Shown here in pieces: positions 40,401-53,440 of a stretch of 64,000 nucleotides of DNA (the first letter of the stretch is position 1; every line of letters starts with the position of its first letter). Origin of the DNA: Takakia lepidozioides. Its lineage: Eukaryota; Plantae; Bryophyta. Where the stretch lies: positions 69,626,001 through 69,690,000 of the forward strand of contig CM060731.1 of assembly GCA_030704615.1 (NCBI GenBank). Reading direction: 5' to 3'. The notes under the pieces are model-generated. The model ran no database searches, was not told the origin of the DNA, and saw only the letters and a list, made by a program, of their open reading frames with translations. The translations under genes were made by a program, and so were the position numbers.

Positions 40401-41814
40401 ATGACATACTTAGAAGAGACAAGCAAAGCAAAAAAAGAACATACAAAGCAACAAGAGAGCTCATATGGGATTAGGTTACAAACGTATGGACCTCATCCAA
40501 ATCAAATTTATCGATGACAATTTGAATGAGAAGAGTCTAATACCATATGTTGATTTTTTAGATATATCTATTTTCATATATTTAAGTCAAAATATATGTG
40601 CCAAAGTTGTTGTTTTGGGTTTTCCTTGTGAGATCGCTGAAGAGAAATGTTGTTTTGTTTTGTTTTGTTTGTGGTTTGATCAATATTTTACATATAAGCT
40701 GTTGATGAAGTTGATTTATTGCAAACAAACAACAGCAGTGGATTTATTGTATAATTTATCCCCAAAACATTCCACATTCATGGGTGGGGGTTTTGACAGA
40801 CCTCATGTGCTTGGGCTCCAATTTCACCCATTTTTTGAATGTTTTCTTGCTCTTTTCCAGAAAGTCAAACTTTGGGGTGCTGGGCAAGGCAATTATTAAT
40901 TAGGGTGGCATAGAATCCACCTCCAATCTAATAAAAACCCGCTCATAAGTTTGCGATTAGTTACGATGAGATAACAAATAAAATGGTTCTTATATGAGAT
41001 GGGGTTTTGTATAAATCAAGTTTTGTATAAATCATTATTATTATTGCTTATATACTTATATACTTTTTATTTATTTATTATTTATTTTATTTATTTAATA
41101 TATGCATAGCTGTAGGTTTCTTTAACTTTTACCAGGGTAGCCTGTGCCGTTGGCCCAAGTGTCCAGTGTCATCTAAGTCCAAGTGCATCAATATATGAAG
41201 CAAACCATATCTAATCTTTTTTTTTCCACGAAGCTTACGACCAGATTTGAACCGGAGACCTTACTCTTGATATCTCTCCTGTCGAGGCTCCAACCATTGT
41301 CCCAGGAATGCCAACTTTGCAATTTTTCATGAATTTCCAGCCCCCAAAGTACATCTCCCACACCGCAGGTCCAAAAATCATGAGACCAAGCCCGTGCACC
41401 CCTCCTCTTTGGGCTTTCTTGTTGAGATGGGTAGTGCAGGGCAGAAATACAAATGTCAGGTTGGGATCCAACCTTGGCAATCAACCTGGAAAGCTTGGCA
41501 CACACTCAGAGGTAATCTTTTTCAGAAAATGCCTACAATGCTGCAGGAATGCCTGCGACAACCACTAATTCTCAACTATATTATGGACTCTGATTCCTTG
41601 CTAAGGCAAACCCCCTCATGGGCCTTCTGGGAGGGACATGGTTTTACGCACATTTCAAGCACCAGATCTGAGGGCCATTTCCTTCAAGAAGAGGACATAG
41701 TTGGAATAGTGGGGCGCAGAAGGTCACCAGCCTAGAACACAATCATCTCACAGATCCCCCAGTTCATGCTCCCACTGCTAGATGAGACTAGGGACAATTG
41801 CACTCTCTCTGCTC

Positions 41815-44800
41815 GACTGACTGCTTGTCATATTATTCTTCACCCTATACACGTAAGTATACATTAATAGCAAATGGACTTAGAATGGGTTAGCCACTTA
41901 CCATATGTACATGTAGGTACAATTGTTTTGGAATTTGGATGAAATCTCATGAAACTATGGACTTTTGTAGGGAATTCCAATGGACTGTCACAGTCCATCT
42001 AATGTCTGAAATGCCATCTGATACCTATTTGTGCAAAACCAATTCATATATGGACTTTACAACTAGATACATAATGTTTGAATAGACACAAATATAAATT
42101 TGCGAACAATTCCATCCATCCATCAAGACACTACGGACTTTTGTACCAAAAAAAAGCTTATCATTTAACAATAATACGGTCATGAACATGAGGCTGCGGC
42201 GGGGCCCGCGTGTGGCAAAGGAGTTCCTGGAGGGTGGGAGCGCCCCTACCCGGACCCCGCCAGTCTGCTTGTTGGGTTGCCTGGCAAGCTGGTCTGCTGG
42301 GGCCCACAAAACACATGAGCTAGTCTACTGGGGCCCACAATATGCACATAAAGCATTAGTTATTGCAGGGGTTTGTAGAAAGTGGTGGGTAGTGTGGTGG
42401 TTAACAACAATGAATGATAAACATGAGGTGTGGTGTTCAAATCTCATTATGTTGTACCGTGGCAGTAATGTGTGTTATTAAGTATATGTTTTGTTGAAGG
42501 GTCTGCCGGTCTGCTGGAAGGGGTCTACCCACTCTGCTGGAGAGGTTCCGGTCCGCTCGTCGGTCTGGAGGGTCTGCTAGAAGGTTGGAGTCGGTCTGTT
42601 GGAGGGTCTGCCCAGTCCGCTAGAAGGTCCGCCACGGTAGATTAACAAGGACTTAGAAAAATTTCAGAATCTCGCCGACCCGGTGAATGGGCGGTGGGCT
42701 TACAAGCTCACCCGAAGGGTCGTACTGGCGGGGCCCGCCCGTGCATTCATGACCCTATTATTAAACAATGAGAGGCCCAAAAAAACCCTCAAAATGACGA
42801 TTTGTCCATAGCATTTTGAAAAATTCATATTTAGGTGGAGATCTTTGCTAAGAATATATATATTCTTATTGTCTCTAGGAGCTTATTGTTATATGGAAAA
42901 ATTTCATAAACTACAAGATAATAATAAATAGCTATTATTTCTAAATAAGAGAGAATATTAAATAATAATAATAATAATAAAATATTTCCCGATTGCACTT
43001 GGAAAATAATCTCGATTGCATTTGGACTTAGATGACACTGGACACTTGGGCCAACCCCTAAGATTTCCCAAACTGTAGGGTCTCTGGATACATATGGGAT
43101 TGCACTTGGGGCTTAGATTCCAATTTTTCATACATAGGCCTCGATATAGGAGACGCACTTGGATACATAGGGGATTGCCCTGGGAATTCGTAAGAAATAA
43201 CAAAGTAGGTTTCCTCGAACAATGATTGGAACCTCGACGGGAGATATATCAATAATGATTGGATATAGTACTACTCAATAAATTCATGGAATAAAAGATG
43301 GGGCCTTGACATGGGAGACGTACTTGGATACATAGGAGATTGCACATATGGGCATAGGAGATGCACATGGGAGTCGCCCTTAGATATAGAGGAGACGTAC
43401 TTGGATACGTAGGAGATTGTACTTGGGCCTAGATGACACTGGACACTTGGGCCTCTACATGGGAGATGCACTTGGATACATCCTTGGATACATAGAAATC
43501 ACATAGCAGCTCAAGGATTTTGAAAGCAGCTACCTCTTTGCATGAATCATCATACATCTTCATAAGCAGATGCATGTACACGGCCCAACACCCTCTTTGT
43601 TGGGCAAGCGTTGAAATCCAACGAGACGTTGCGTAGAATTTTGTTACCTTTTGTTTCCACGATCTCAGCTAATTTGCAAAGTTCAAGATGTCTCTTTGGG
43701 GACTTGCAAAAGTACTCATACAAACCTTGCAAAAGCTTTTCCAGCCTGTGCACAACAACCATATTTGACAAGGCATGACCTGCAAGATTTGTGCGATGCG
43801 CAACGCAATGCATGTCGGTGCAGAAAGGTGCATAGTTCTTTTGGATCTGCACTGTCACTCCGTTTTGCACGCCCTGAAATGTAGCAACCCCGTCAGCTCC
43901 AGATTATACAAGTCTGGTAGGGCTATCAACACTGCTCACACCACCTCCGATGTGTAGAACGTTCATAATAACATGAATTAGGTTGTCTGCATTGCTGCCA
44001 TCAACAACACGCTCCTCACTTAGCAAGATGGGGATCCTAGACCAATCTTGCACATTAACATACCCATGCACAGAAGTCCAACTTTGATTATCTATTGTGG
44101 TGACTTTATCAGCAGTCAATGCCACATAATTTGTCTTCTTCATGGTTTCGATAACCTTCAAGACTTGCTGGTGAATGGATCAGAGATCTGTCTACCATCA
44201 CTCAAGAGCAAGAAAATAGTTGCAAACTGGATGACTTTTCTTTTCTTCTCAAGATTTCAAGAAACCTCTCTGAACCTATTCTACAACAGAAGGGCAAATT
44301 TTCTCTCATTCTCAAGATGCAAGCAGGTGGTGTCCACGTAAGATCAACACCCATCAAGGTTTTTTCTTTTGTTACCATGTTTCTCAAGAGAGTCCCATTT
44401 CGGCACAAGCAACTTCTCATTCTTGTCAAATTTAGAGCACACACGACACTTGATAGCAGTAACAATACCCTCATCATCCAACAGTGCCTCAGCCCGTGGT
44501 GCTTTGATCGACCAGACCTCCTGAAACTTTCTATTGATGTCACATTTGTCTCGTTTGCGACGCTGACGAGGAGGCTTAGAGGTTTCTAGTTGTAGTTCAG
44601 GATCTATATCTTCTAGAACGAGATCACTCGCAGGTGGAGAACTGCTCTCAGGAGCCTCAACCTCTCTCTCGAGCTACACGTGAATCCCTGGCCCTTTTCT
44701 CAGCAGCGTGAGAGCTTGTAAAAGCATTTGACACTCTAGGAAGATTCTCCACATGCACCCTAGTACCACAAAAAAAAAACTTGAATCTGAAATTTGCCGG

Positions 44801-45641
44801 AGGGGCAGGCCTCTTCCAAGGTCCCATGACGCCAAACACAACAAGACGTTGCAGAAATACAAACGAGACCAGGCACACCACAACAAGACAGATTTGCTAC
44901 ACACTAAATAACACGAAAAACCTGAATATAAAGTATTGGAGAAGGGTTATGAGCTCCCCATTCCATCAATGCAGCCGCCATAAGTGTTAAGAACATCCAC
45001 TTATCAATGCCAATCTCCTCCGATCCTCGATTGCAATCTGCACCACTCCTCCCCAATAATTTTGTGGCCCCTTTCCTAAAATTTATTGAAGTTGATGTAA
45101 CTAACAGCCTAGAACTTAGTTAGAGGCGGTGCAAGTATGCTTAAGTGGAGGTGCATGAAGCTGATAGTATAGGCGGGTAGCCGAAACCTAACGAGAGTTC
45201 CCTCCATAGCTCAATTTCTTTGCAAAAGCGGGACGTGTTTGAACCCAAGGGTTTGCTCCTCGCGTTGGCAGGGTGGTAGGTTTCTAGAAATCGGGGAACA
45301 AGATCATCTGGATCTGACGAATCCTAATGGCCTGTGGTTCCTTCCTTGTACGATAGCTGTACATGTGGCTTCCTCATTGCAGCTACGCAATGGCATGATG
45401 TGGGGCAGTAATGTGAAACATGCCATATTTTAACCCGTAAAAACCTCCAAATATTTTTTCAGTGTATTTTTGGAGGGCCTTGAATTTCGTAAATTCCCTG
45501 GGTGTTCATGGTTACGGGGTGAAGCCCATGGGCTTATCGCCATAAACAGATCTGAACCGTCCAGAAAGACATCGACGGTTCAAAAAGTGTTTTTCAGTTT
45601 TTTACGTGAGCTAAAATCCCGCATCTCGGACTTTCTGCAAT
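41815..45641 (-). repeat. Right arm of the large inverted duplication, including a decayed hAT transposase (43500-44560, -)
   Basis: Reverse complement of 22465-26777 with private indels. It keeps the N-terminal RKFQEVWSIKAPWAE..IKCRVC..KWDSLEKH zinc-finger region. Confidence 0.92.
42156..42776. mobile_element. MITE, probably Mutator-like (imperfect ~31-bp TIRs, ~9-bp TSD)
   Basis: Left end GCTTATCATTTAACAATAATACGGTCATGAA vs reverse complement of right end GCCTCTCATTGTTTAATAATAGGGTCATGAA. CCAAAAAAA is duplicated on both sides, and the empty site is visible in the left arm (~26425-26450). Confidence 0.8.
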
Positions 45642-46019
45642 GGGGCATATGTCCGCAATGTAAGCATTCAATTGTTGCATGCAATATCTTCGTACGCCCA
45701 GTTTTTTCGGGTTATAAGAGAAGCATCGGGCCCTCTACTGTCACTGTCAGTTTTGCAGGAAATCTCTGTAATTTCTTTCTTACAACCCCTATGTAGAAGC
45801 TGTGATTGCTTCCCAGGGAATATTCGGTGTCTCCGCTGCTATCTTCCAAAACTACCTGTGTTTTCAGAATTCCTGCCTCTTCGTTGCCACGAGAGTCATC
45901 CTCACCCTTTATGAGATATGTCTCTTCTTCAGTTATGGTTTTCTTGTGCTTGCCACCCCATGATTGGATTGTCTCATGAAATGTTTCATGGATCTTTGTG
46001 ATACCCGTCTCGAAAGGCT

Positions 46020-48340
46020 CAACTGCTTGGTGCATCATTTGCTCATAGCTCTCCAAAGCCTCCATCCCACGTCGACCCTGCCGTGCATACCATGCAAGCA
46101 TCGCACTCCACGACACCACATCTCGTTCAGCCATAGTGTCGAACACTCCCTTTGCATCCTAGATGCACCCACATTTTGCAAACATGTTCACCAGGGTTTT
46201 GTTCAGGATGACATCTGGTACAATTCGAACTCTGAAGATGTCGCCATGGACCTCTTTCCCCCTGCCAGGGCAGTGTTCAGATTGACATTTGGCACAATTC
46301 CAGCTTTGATGATATCCCCATGCACCTCTTGCCCTTCTCCAGGCCGACTGCCAGGCTTGCACAAGCATTGCAAATGCACACAAACATAATGTGCTTCCCC
46401 CTTCATTTGCTCATAGCTCTCCAAAGCCTCCATCCCACGTCCCTGTCGTGCATACCCTGCAAGCATCGCACTCCACGACACCACATCTCATTCAGCCATA
46501 GTGTCGAACACTCCCTTTGCATCCTAGATGCACCCACATTTTGCAAACATGTTCACCAGGGTATTGTTCATAATGACATCTGGTACAATTCCAACTCTAA
46601 AGATGTCACCATGGACCTCTTTCCCCTTTTCCAAAGCTGCTAGGGCAGTGTTCAGATTGACATTTGGCACAATTCCAGCTTTGATGATATCCCCATGCAC
46701 CTCTTGCCCTTCTCCAGGGCTGCCAGGCTTGCACAAGAATTGCAAATGCACACAAACATGATGAGCTTCCCCATCCTTTGCTCATAGGTCTCCAAAGCCT
46801 CCATCCCACGTCCCTGCCATGCATACCCTGGACCAGCATCGCACTCCACGACACCACATCTCATTCAGCCATAGTGTCGAACACTCCCTTTGCATCCTAG
46901 ATCCTAGATCCCTTTGCACCCACATTTTGCAAACATGTCCACCAGGGTATGGTTCAGAATGACATTTGGTACAATTCCAGCTCTGAAGATGTCGCCATGG
47001 ACCTCTTTCCCCTTTTTCCAGAGCTGCCAGGGCAATGTTCATAATGACATTTGGTACAATTCCAGCTTTAATGATACCCCATGCACCGCTTTGCCCTGGT
47101 CCAGGCTCGATGCATCCACATTTTGCATAAATGTCCACCAGGGTATGGTTCAGAATGACATTTGGTACAATTCCAGCTCTGAAGATGTCGCCATGGACCT
47201 CTTTCCCCTTTTTCTAGAGTTGCCAGGGCAGTGTTCATAATGACATTTGGTACAATTCCAGCTTTGATGATACCCCATGCACCTCTTTGCCCTCGTCCAG
47301 GCTCGATGCACCCACATTTCGCATACATGTCCACCAGGGTATGGTTCAGACTAACATTTGGTACAATTCCAGCTCTGAAGTTGTCGCCATGGACCTCTTT
47401 CCCCTTTTCCAGAGCTGCCAGGGCAGCGTTCAGATTCACATTTGGTACAATTCCAGCTTTGATGATATCCCCATGCACCTCTTTGCCCTTCTCCAGGCCG
47501 GCTGCCAGGCTTGCACAAGCATTGCAAATGCACACAAACATGATGTGCTTCCCCCATCATTTGCTCATAGCTCTCCAAAGCCTCCATTCCACATCCCTGC
47601 TGTGCATACCCCACTCCACGACACCACAAGTCGTTCAGCCATAGTGTCGAACACTCCCTTTGCATCCTAGATGCACCCACATTTTGCAAACATGTCCACC
47701 AGGGTATTGTTCAGATTGTCATCTGGTACAATTCCAGCTCTGAAGATGTCGCCATGCACCTCTTTCCCCATTTCCAAAGCTGCCAGGGCAGTGTTCGATT
47801 GACATTTGGCACAATTCCAGCTTTGATGATATCCCTATGCACCTCTTGCCCTTCTCCAGGGCTGCCAGGCTTGCACGCACATTGCAAATGCACACAAACA
47901 TGATGTGCTCCATCATCTGCTCATAGCTCTCCAAAGCCTCCTTCGCACGTCCCTGCCGTGCATACCCTGCAAGCATCACACTCCACGACACCACATCTCG
48001 TTTAGCCATAGTGTCGAACACTCCCTTTGCATCCTAGATGCACCCACATTTTGCAAACATGTTCACCAAGGTATTGTTCATAATGACATTTGATACAATT
48101 CCAGCTCTGAAGATGACGCCATGGACCTCTTTCCCCTTTTCCAAAGCTGCCAGGGCAGTGTTCAGATTGACATTTGGCACAATTCCAGCTTTGATGATAT
48201 CCCCATGTACCTCTTGCCCTTCTCCAGGGCTGCCAGGCTTGCACAAGCATTGCAAATGCACACAAACACGATGTGCTTCCCCCATCATTTGCTCATAGGT
48301 CTCCAAAGCCTCCATCCCACGTCCCTGCCGTGCATACCCT
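46020..48340 (-). pseudogene. Tandemly amplified, scrambled PLS-type PPR motifs
   Basis: Repeated near-identical units GKEVHGDIIKAGIVPNV..NTLVNMFAKCGCI*DAKGVFDTMAERDVVSWSAMLAGYARQGRGMEALESYEQM with stops and frameshifts. Confidence 0.88.
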
Positions 48341-49033
48341 GGACCAAGGTGACTCTCCCAAGAACCTTGTAAACATCAGCGAGGACTTAAGTGCGCAGCA
48401 GCGATAGGGCTTAGTGGGGCTTAGTGCTTGAGGGAAAAAATAAACATCGCATTGGTCCATGAGAACCACCATGGTGCAGCTAAGCGAGCAGAGATTGAAA
48501 CACGACCTGCTAAGACCAAGCTAACTCTCCCAAGAACCTTGTAAACATCAAGAAGAATACCAAATCATGGTACTAACAGGAGCCAAAAGCCCACATTTGC
48601 AGGATGGACAAACTTCTTCACATCCTACATTACGAAAAAACCACACCTTGCGATTGCGATTGTCCCACCATCATGAAGGATCGTAAAAAACTCATGCGAG
48701 CTTTGCTCCGTGTTGCAAATTCAGGGCCGAGTCTGATGGGAGGGCAAAACAGGCTGAAATAGGTCGAAGAAGAAGGTGCCCTAACCACATTGTCGTTGAC
48801 CTTGTGTCATGATCCATGGAGGATTTGACAGACCATGAACCCAAACGGACCTCTTGTGTGTGCTGCTTGTGTCTGTAGTCAGGTAATGTCGGATTGTCCA
48901 TGAGAACCACAACGGTGCAGCTGAGCGAGCAGAGATTGAAACGCGACCTGCTAAGACCAACCTGCACGAGGACTTAGTGTGCACAACAACGATAGGGCTT
49001 GGTCGGGCTTAGTGCATGAGGGGGAAAAAAACA

Positions 49034-49100
49034 ACGCGAGGAGATTGAACCCGCGACCTCGCGACAAGCAGGAAGAGCCCTTACCAGTACGCTACATGCA
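49034..49100 (-). other. tRNA-derived (SINE head or pseudo-tRNA) sequence
   Basis: Minus strand TGTAGCGTACTGGTAAG...GAGGTCGCGGGTTCAATCTCC gives A-box-like and B-box-like motifs at tRNA spacing, followed by a T-run; no convincing acceptor stem. Confidence 0.55.
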
Positions 49101-49619
49101 CACATTTGAAATTTCCCCCCAAAAGTATGTAAATATTGTACATACGTGATGGGCAACTTTTTAAGTTTTTTAACCTTTTCACAAACCCTATAAGCAATTT
49201 TTTTTTATTTTTTATTTTTTTCAAATTTAAAGGAAACCTCAGGCCCTTGAGGAGGGGGAAAAATTAACCCCCTTTCATTTATGGGCCATGAGACCTACAG
49301 GAGGATCAACGCCCAGACATACCGTCGTCACAAACAATCCCACACATGGAGTCATGCAGCGGGTTTGAACCAGTGTTGGGTGGTTACCCGCCTAGGCCCC
49401 GGGTAATCGCCGGTTCCGGTTCCGGTTATGTGGAACCGGACCGGAACCGGACCCGCCTGTGCAGAACCGGAACCGGAACCGGAACCGCTCATTGGGGATT
49501 GTGTGGGAACCGGAACCGGCGGTTCCAGCTACGACCACATGTGTGGGAACCGGCGGTTCCAGCTCCAAAGTGGTTCCGGTTCCGGTTCCGGTCCACCCGT
49601 GGGCTGTAGCCCTAAGTGT

Positions 49620-49762
49620 CTCTACGTCCCCAGAACGCGGCCCGAGCTCGGATTGGCCTCCGGCCCCTTCAGTGGGACGACCGTCTCGCAGGTTACGCAC
49701 ACTGGTGGGCCGTTGAAAGACGAGAGTATGGCGATTGCCAACTCCAGCACTCGGGAGGGCCA
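49620..49762 (+). pseudogene. PR-1/CAP (SCP) domain gene fragment
   Basis: [47 protein letters not shown] matches the PR-1 pattern N.AR..VG..PL.WD..LA.YA...DC.L.HSGGP. Confidence 0.88.
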
Positions 49763-51561
49763 GCTGCAACCACTAGTCGCCCGCTCAGCATTGTTGCAGC
49801 GACGAAGAAGGCCGTTGTGGTGCTCAAAGGAACTTCGAACGTAGAAGGCGTTGTCAATTTGGTCCAGGAAGATGATGGTTATTTCTGAAGACCTCTCTGA
49901 TTGTGGTTTTGCATGTTGTGAAGAAATGTAGATATAGCTGTTAGACGAAATGAAAATGAAGCATTGTGATCTTTGTTATAGATGGGAGTGAAAGTGATCA
50001 TGGTACTGTTTGTTTAGGGTTTGGAGATGTATTTAGCTCCAACGGGGCATGCGATTGAAGAACGGTTTTAGAACACAGAATTCGCTGGCCGTGGTTTCTG
50101 CTGAATTCTCCCTACTTAAAACTTGAGACATTCCCCAGCATCTTTGCATGCTGGGACCAGAGTGCCTGACAATGGCAGTGTGCGACCACTTTATCCCTAT
50201 CATATGATTAATGCATTCCAGACATCGAACAGAACTACCGTGAGAACACATTGCACGGGAATCCTTGAACCACCACGGAGGAAGAATCTCTAAAGTTCGC
50301 ATCTGCAGTAGGAGTAAGCGCTAGGGATTTGGATTCACATCCGCTAAGGCGAGAGGTCAGTTGAGGCCCTCCAAATTATACACAAGGAAATTTGTGTAGT
50401 TCTATTTCTGCACTCTGACTTTCGCCACTCTTTTCCAGACTGTGTTGTTTGTTGTGCCTCAGTATGGCAATATTGGGACAAAGTCAGAGAGAGACAGTAT
50501 CCTGTGGGGACTACACTTTAAGGAAAATTGCTTTTCGACCAAGTTTGAATAGGGAGGTGTGATTTTTGAGCAGGTCCCACAACGGTGAATGTGAAGATTA
50601 CTGGCCTTGCACCTGGCAAGCATGGTTTTCACCTAGTAACCACTTTTGGCTTCAACTTTTTGCTTTTGCATCTTTATATCCGAGATTGGAACATGTATAA
50701 GTAATGCCACTCTTGAATGGCAGAGGCCTAGATCTGCAGAAGCACACATTTTGGAACTTGTGATTGATTTTTATTATTTGTTGCTCAATCCACTTCAAGG
50801 TTTTGCAGAAATTTGGGAGGCTTCGCATTGTATGACTGCTGCATTTCAGCTGGTCATGAATTCTTTCTAGTGGAGCAATTTTTCCGGGTGCTGGGGTGGG
50901 CTTTCCTTCCAGTTATGAGCAGCATGGTATGATGGTTGCAGGTCTTTTTTCATCCAAATAGCCAGGGCAGGTGTTCCTCTTTTCGCTGTGTGTCAGGGAA
51001 TCTTGAACAATGTTGACTGGCGAGAGGAGGTATGTGAGCAGCCATCCCCCCGTCTCTTCCATCCTCTCCTTCAGGGGCTCTCTTGTTCATAGTTTCTGGC
51101 TACTCCACGTGGCATTGCATTCTGGCTGTCTTCACTTGTTTATCTTGTACGTCCGTCATTTTCTAAGCAATTCCCTGTCATTTCTACCTACTTGTTCACC
51201 CTTCCCTGGCCAGATTTCAGACCTGCTCTTACAAGGTTTGACAGTCATCATTGTCTTACTTTTTGCACTCTTACAGTGTCAGGCATGCTTATATTATGGA
51301 CACTATCCTCTTCCACCTTCTGAAAGACCATGTCTCCAGACCCTTGTTGTTAAGCTTGACCTAACTTCACTACTGGAAAGCTTGCATTAAGCGAGTTGTC
51401 CAAGTGTGAGGTTGTGGTCTGTTGCCTGGGTTGGAGTTGTGAAATCGATGTGTATTGCTACCTGGAATATGTGTGGGTTTTAAGGTTACAGTTCAATGAT
51501 AGATTTTAATGATGTATTTGGGTTGAGTTGCTGCAGCACACCCACCAATGGATGCATGTCT
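49763..51561 (+). pseudogene. Chloroplast Cu/Zn superoxide dismutase (CSD2-like) fragment: end of exon 1 (49763-49877), exon 2 (50574-50635), damaged exon 3 (51537-51561)
   Basis: [34 protein letters not shown] | GPTTVNVKITGLAPGKHGFHL | H..TNGCMS with GT-AG introns in compatible phases. No downstream exons are seen. Confidence 0.9.
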
Positions 51562-52029
51562 TTGTTAACACAGTTCACTTTTAGCCTCATAGTTTTGTAT
51601 ATTAGCATATGAAGGGTTAACCCATGGAATCATCACTCTAGTGACCTCCTATGCTACTTTATGCCTGCACCTGTGTTTGGAATGTGCCACCAGTTTGTAT
51701 CTGTTAAATCCTCTATGCTATTAAAAATGTGCTAAATGCTAAGTGTGCTGTCGTGGCCTTCTCTAGGGCTTTTGCAATTACCTTTCAGTAGAGATTACAG
51801 AAAGTCAACCTGGTCTTGGTTGTCAGTGATTTAGTCATCCAGTCGTCTCCAAGTGTTGTTCAGCTACTGAAGAGGGCTTTTCAAAAGAGAATGATCTAAG
51901 CAATCGAGTGGATATCAATGTTGTAGCAAGTAGAGTTAGTGACGTTGGTAAGCATCCACCACTTTTGGTTATTTTACTGTTTTTAGCTTTAGTTCACCAT
52001 GAAGCTAATGAGCTTCCTCCTTTTCTTAT

Positions 52030-53440
52030 GGCATGTGGTGCAAGAGGTAAGGAGGACGAGTAAAGAGGGCCCACCTGCAACCAGGCCCCTTGGTCCATGG
52101 TAATCATTGATCATCATTCTTTTTTTTTTTTTTTTTTTTTTTTTTCCTGTTTTCTTTGATGATATACCAAGGGGCTGATAGCCCCTTGCTCCACTATGGT
52201 AGATTTTACATTGGAGGGAGCACAAGCAAAGAGGGGCCCGCCAACCAGCCCACATTACCCACTGGTAAGTATCTTCCATTTCTTTAAATTTTTTTAATTC
52301 TTGATACAATTGGGGGTTGATAAGATAGCCCCTTTGGCTTCTGTTCTAGCAGATTCTGCATGAGAGGGAGGGAGCCCAAAGTAGGGAGGGACCTGCCAAC
52401 CAGCCACCATTACCCGCTTGTAACTCCCTTTCATTGAGCTTTATTTTTTTAGTTGTTTAAATTTTTATTAAAAGAGGGGCTGATTAGCCCATTGCTCTTG
52501 TGCTACGGCTGATCGTGCATGGGAGGGAAATGAGGGCAAGTAGGAAGGCTGGCCAACCAGCCCCTCTTGCACCGCACATGTAAGCATCCCCCTTCATTTT
52601 TTTCCCCCATAAAATTGGTATAGCAAGGGCTGATTAGCCGTTGCTAATGCAGATCACACACAAGAAGGACGTCCAGTGCAAGTAAAAAAGCACGTCAACC
52701 AGCCCCTCTCATCTTGTAGTAAGCCCCCACCCTTTATCTTAGTTTTTTAATGTTATTCTTTCCAATGTGTGGTACAACAAAAGGCTGATTCGCCCTTCCT
52801 CATAGTGATATGTTGCACTCGGGAAGGGAACAGAAATAGGAGGTCTCTTGACCCGCCAACCAGCCCCCATTACCTGCGTGTACTTCCCCTTCATTGTTCT
52901 TTATTTTCTTAATTATTTTAAGTTTGTGATATAAGAGGAGCTGATTAGCCCCTTGCTCTTTTGCTATTGTAGATCGTGCATGGGAGGGAAAGAGGGCAAG
53001 TAGGGAGGCCTGCCAACCAGCCCCCGTTCCACCACACATGTAAGCATGCCCCTAATTCAATGTTGCATATTTTTTTTTTCCCATAAAATTGGCATAGCAA
53101 GGGGCTGATCAGCCCTCTACTCTGTTGCTATGTAGATCACACACAAGAAGGAGGAGTGCGAGTTTAGAGCCTGCTAACCAGCCCCCTCATCCTATGGTAA
53201 GCCCCCACCCTTTAATAGCTTAGTTTTTTATTTTATTTTTTCCAATGTGTGGTACAACAGAGGGATGATTTGCTCCTCCTCTCATAGTGAAAGTTTGAAC
53301 TCGGAAAGGGGAGCACAAATATCAAGAAGGCTTGACAGCCAACCCCTACCTCTTGTGGACAATCACCCCACTTTAAAGCTTCATAATTTTTAGTTATAAC
53401 TCTTCATGTTGTGGTACAACAAGGACTGATTTATTTATAT
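52030..53440. repeat. Diverged tandem array, ~9 units of ~145-165 bp
   Basis: CCAACCAGCC core near 52241, 52396, 52552, 52697, 52856, 53012, 53175 and 53339; each unit carries a GGGGCTGAT(T/C)AGCCCC-type palindrome. Confidence 0.8.

Noticed and set aside
38100-40900. Possible decayed coding or transposase sequence downstream of PPT
   Set aside because: Stops occur in all frames and I recognise no motif; TBLASTX/HMM search is needed.
46020-48340. Shared TAG codons as programmed read-through or editing sites
   Set aside because: The units also have frameshifts and deletions; amplification of a dead unit is the simpler explanation.
49034-49100. Functional tRNA gene
   Set aside because: A/B boxes are present but the acceptor and anticodon stems do not pair convincingly.
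49346-49600. ORFs with RNRNR/GTGTG/EPEPE repeats
   Set aside because: They are translations of hAT subterminal ACCGGA repeats.
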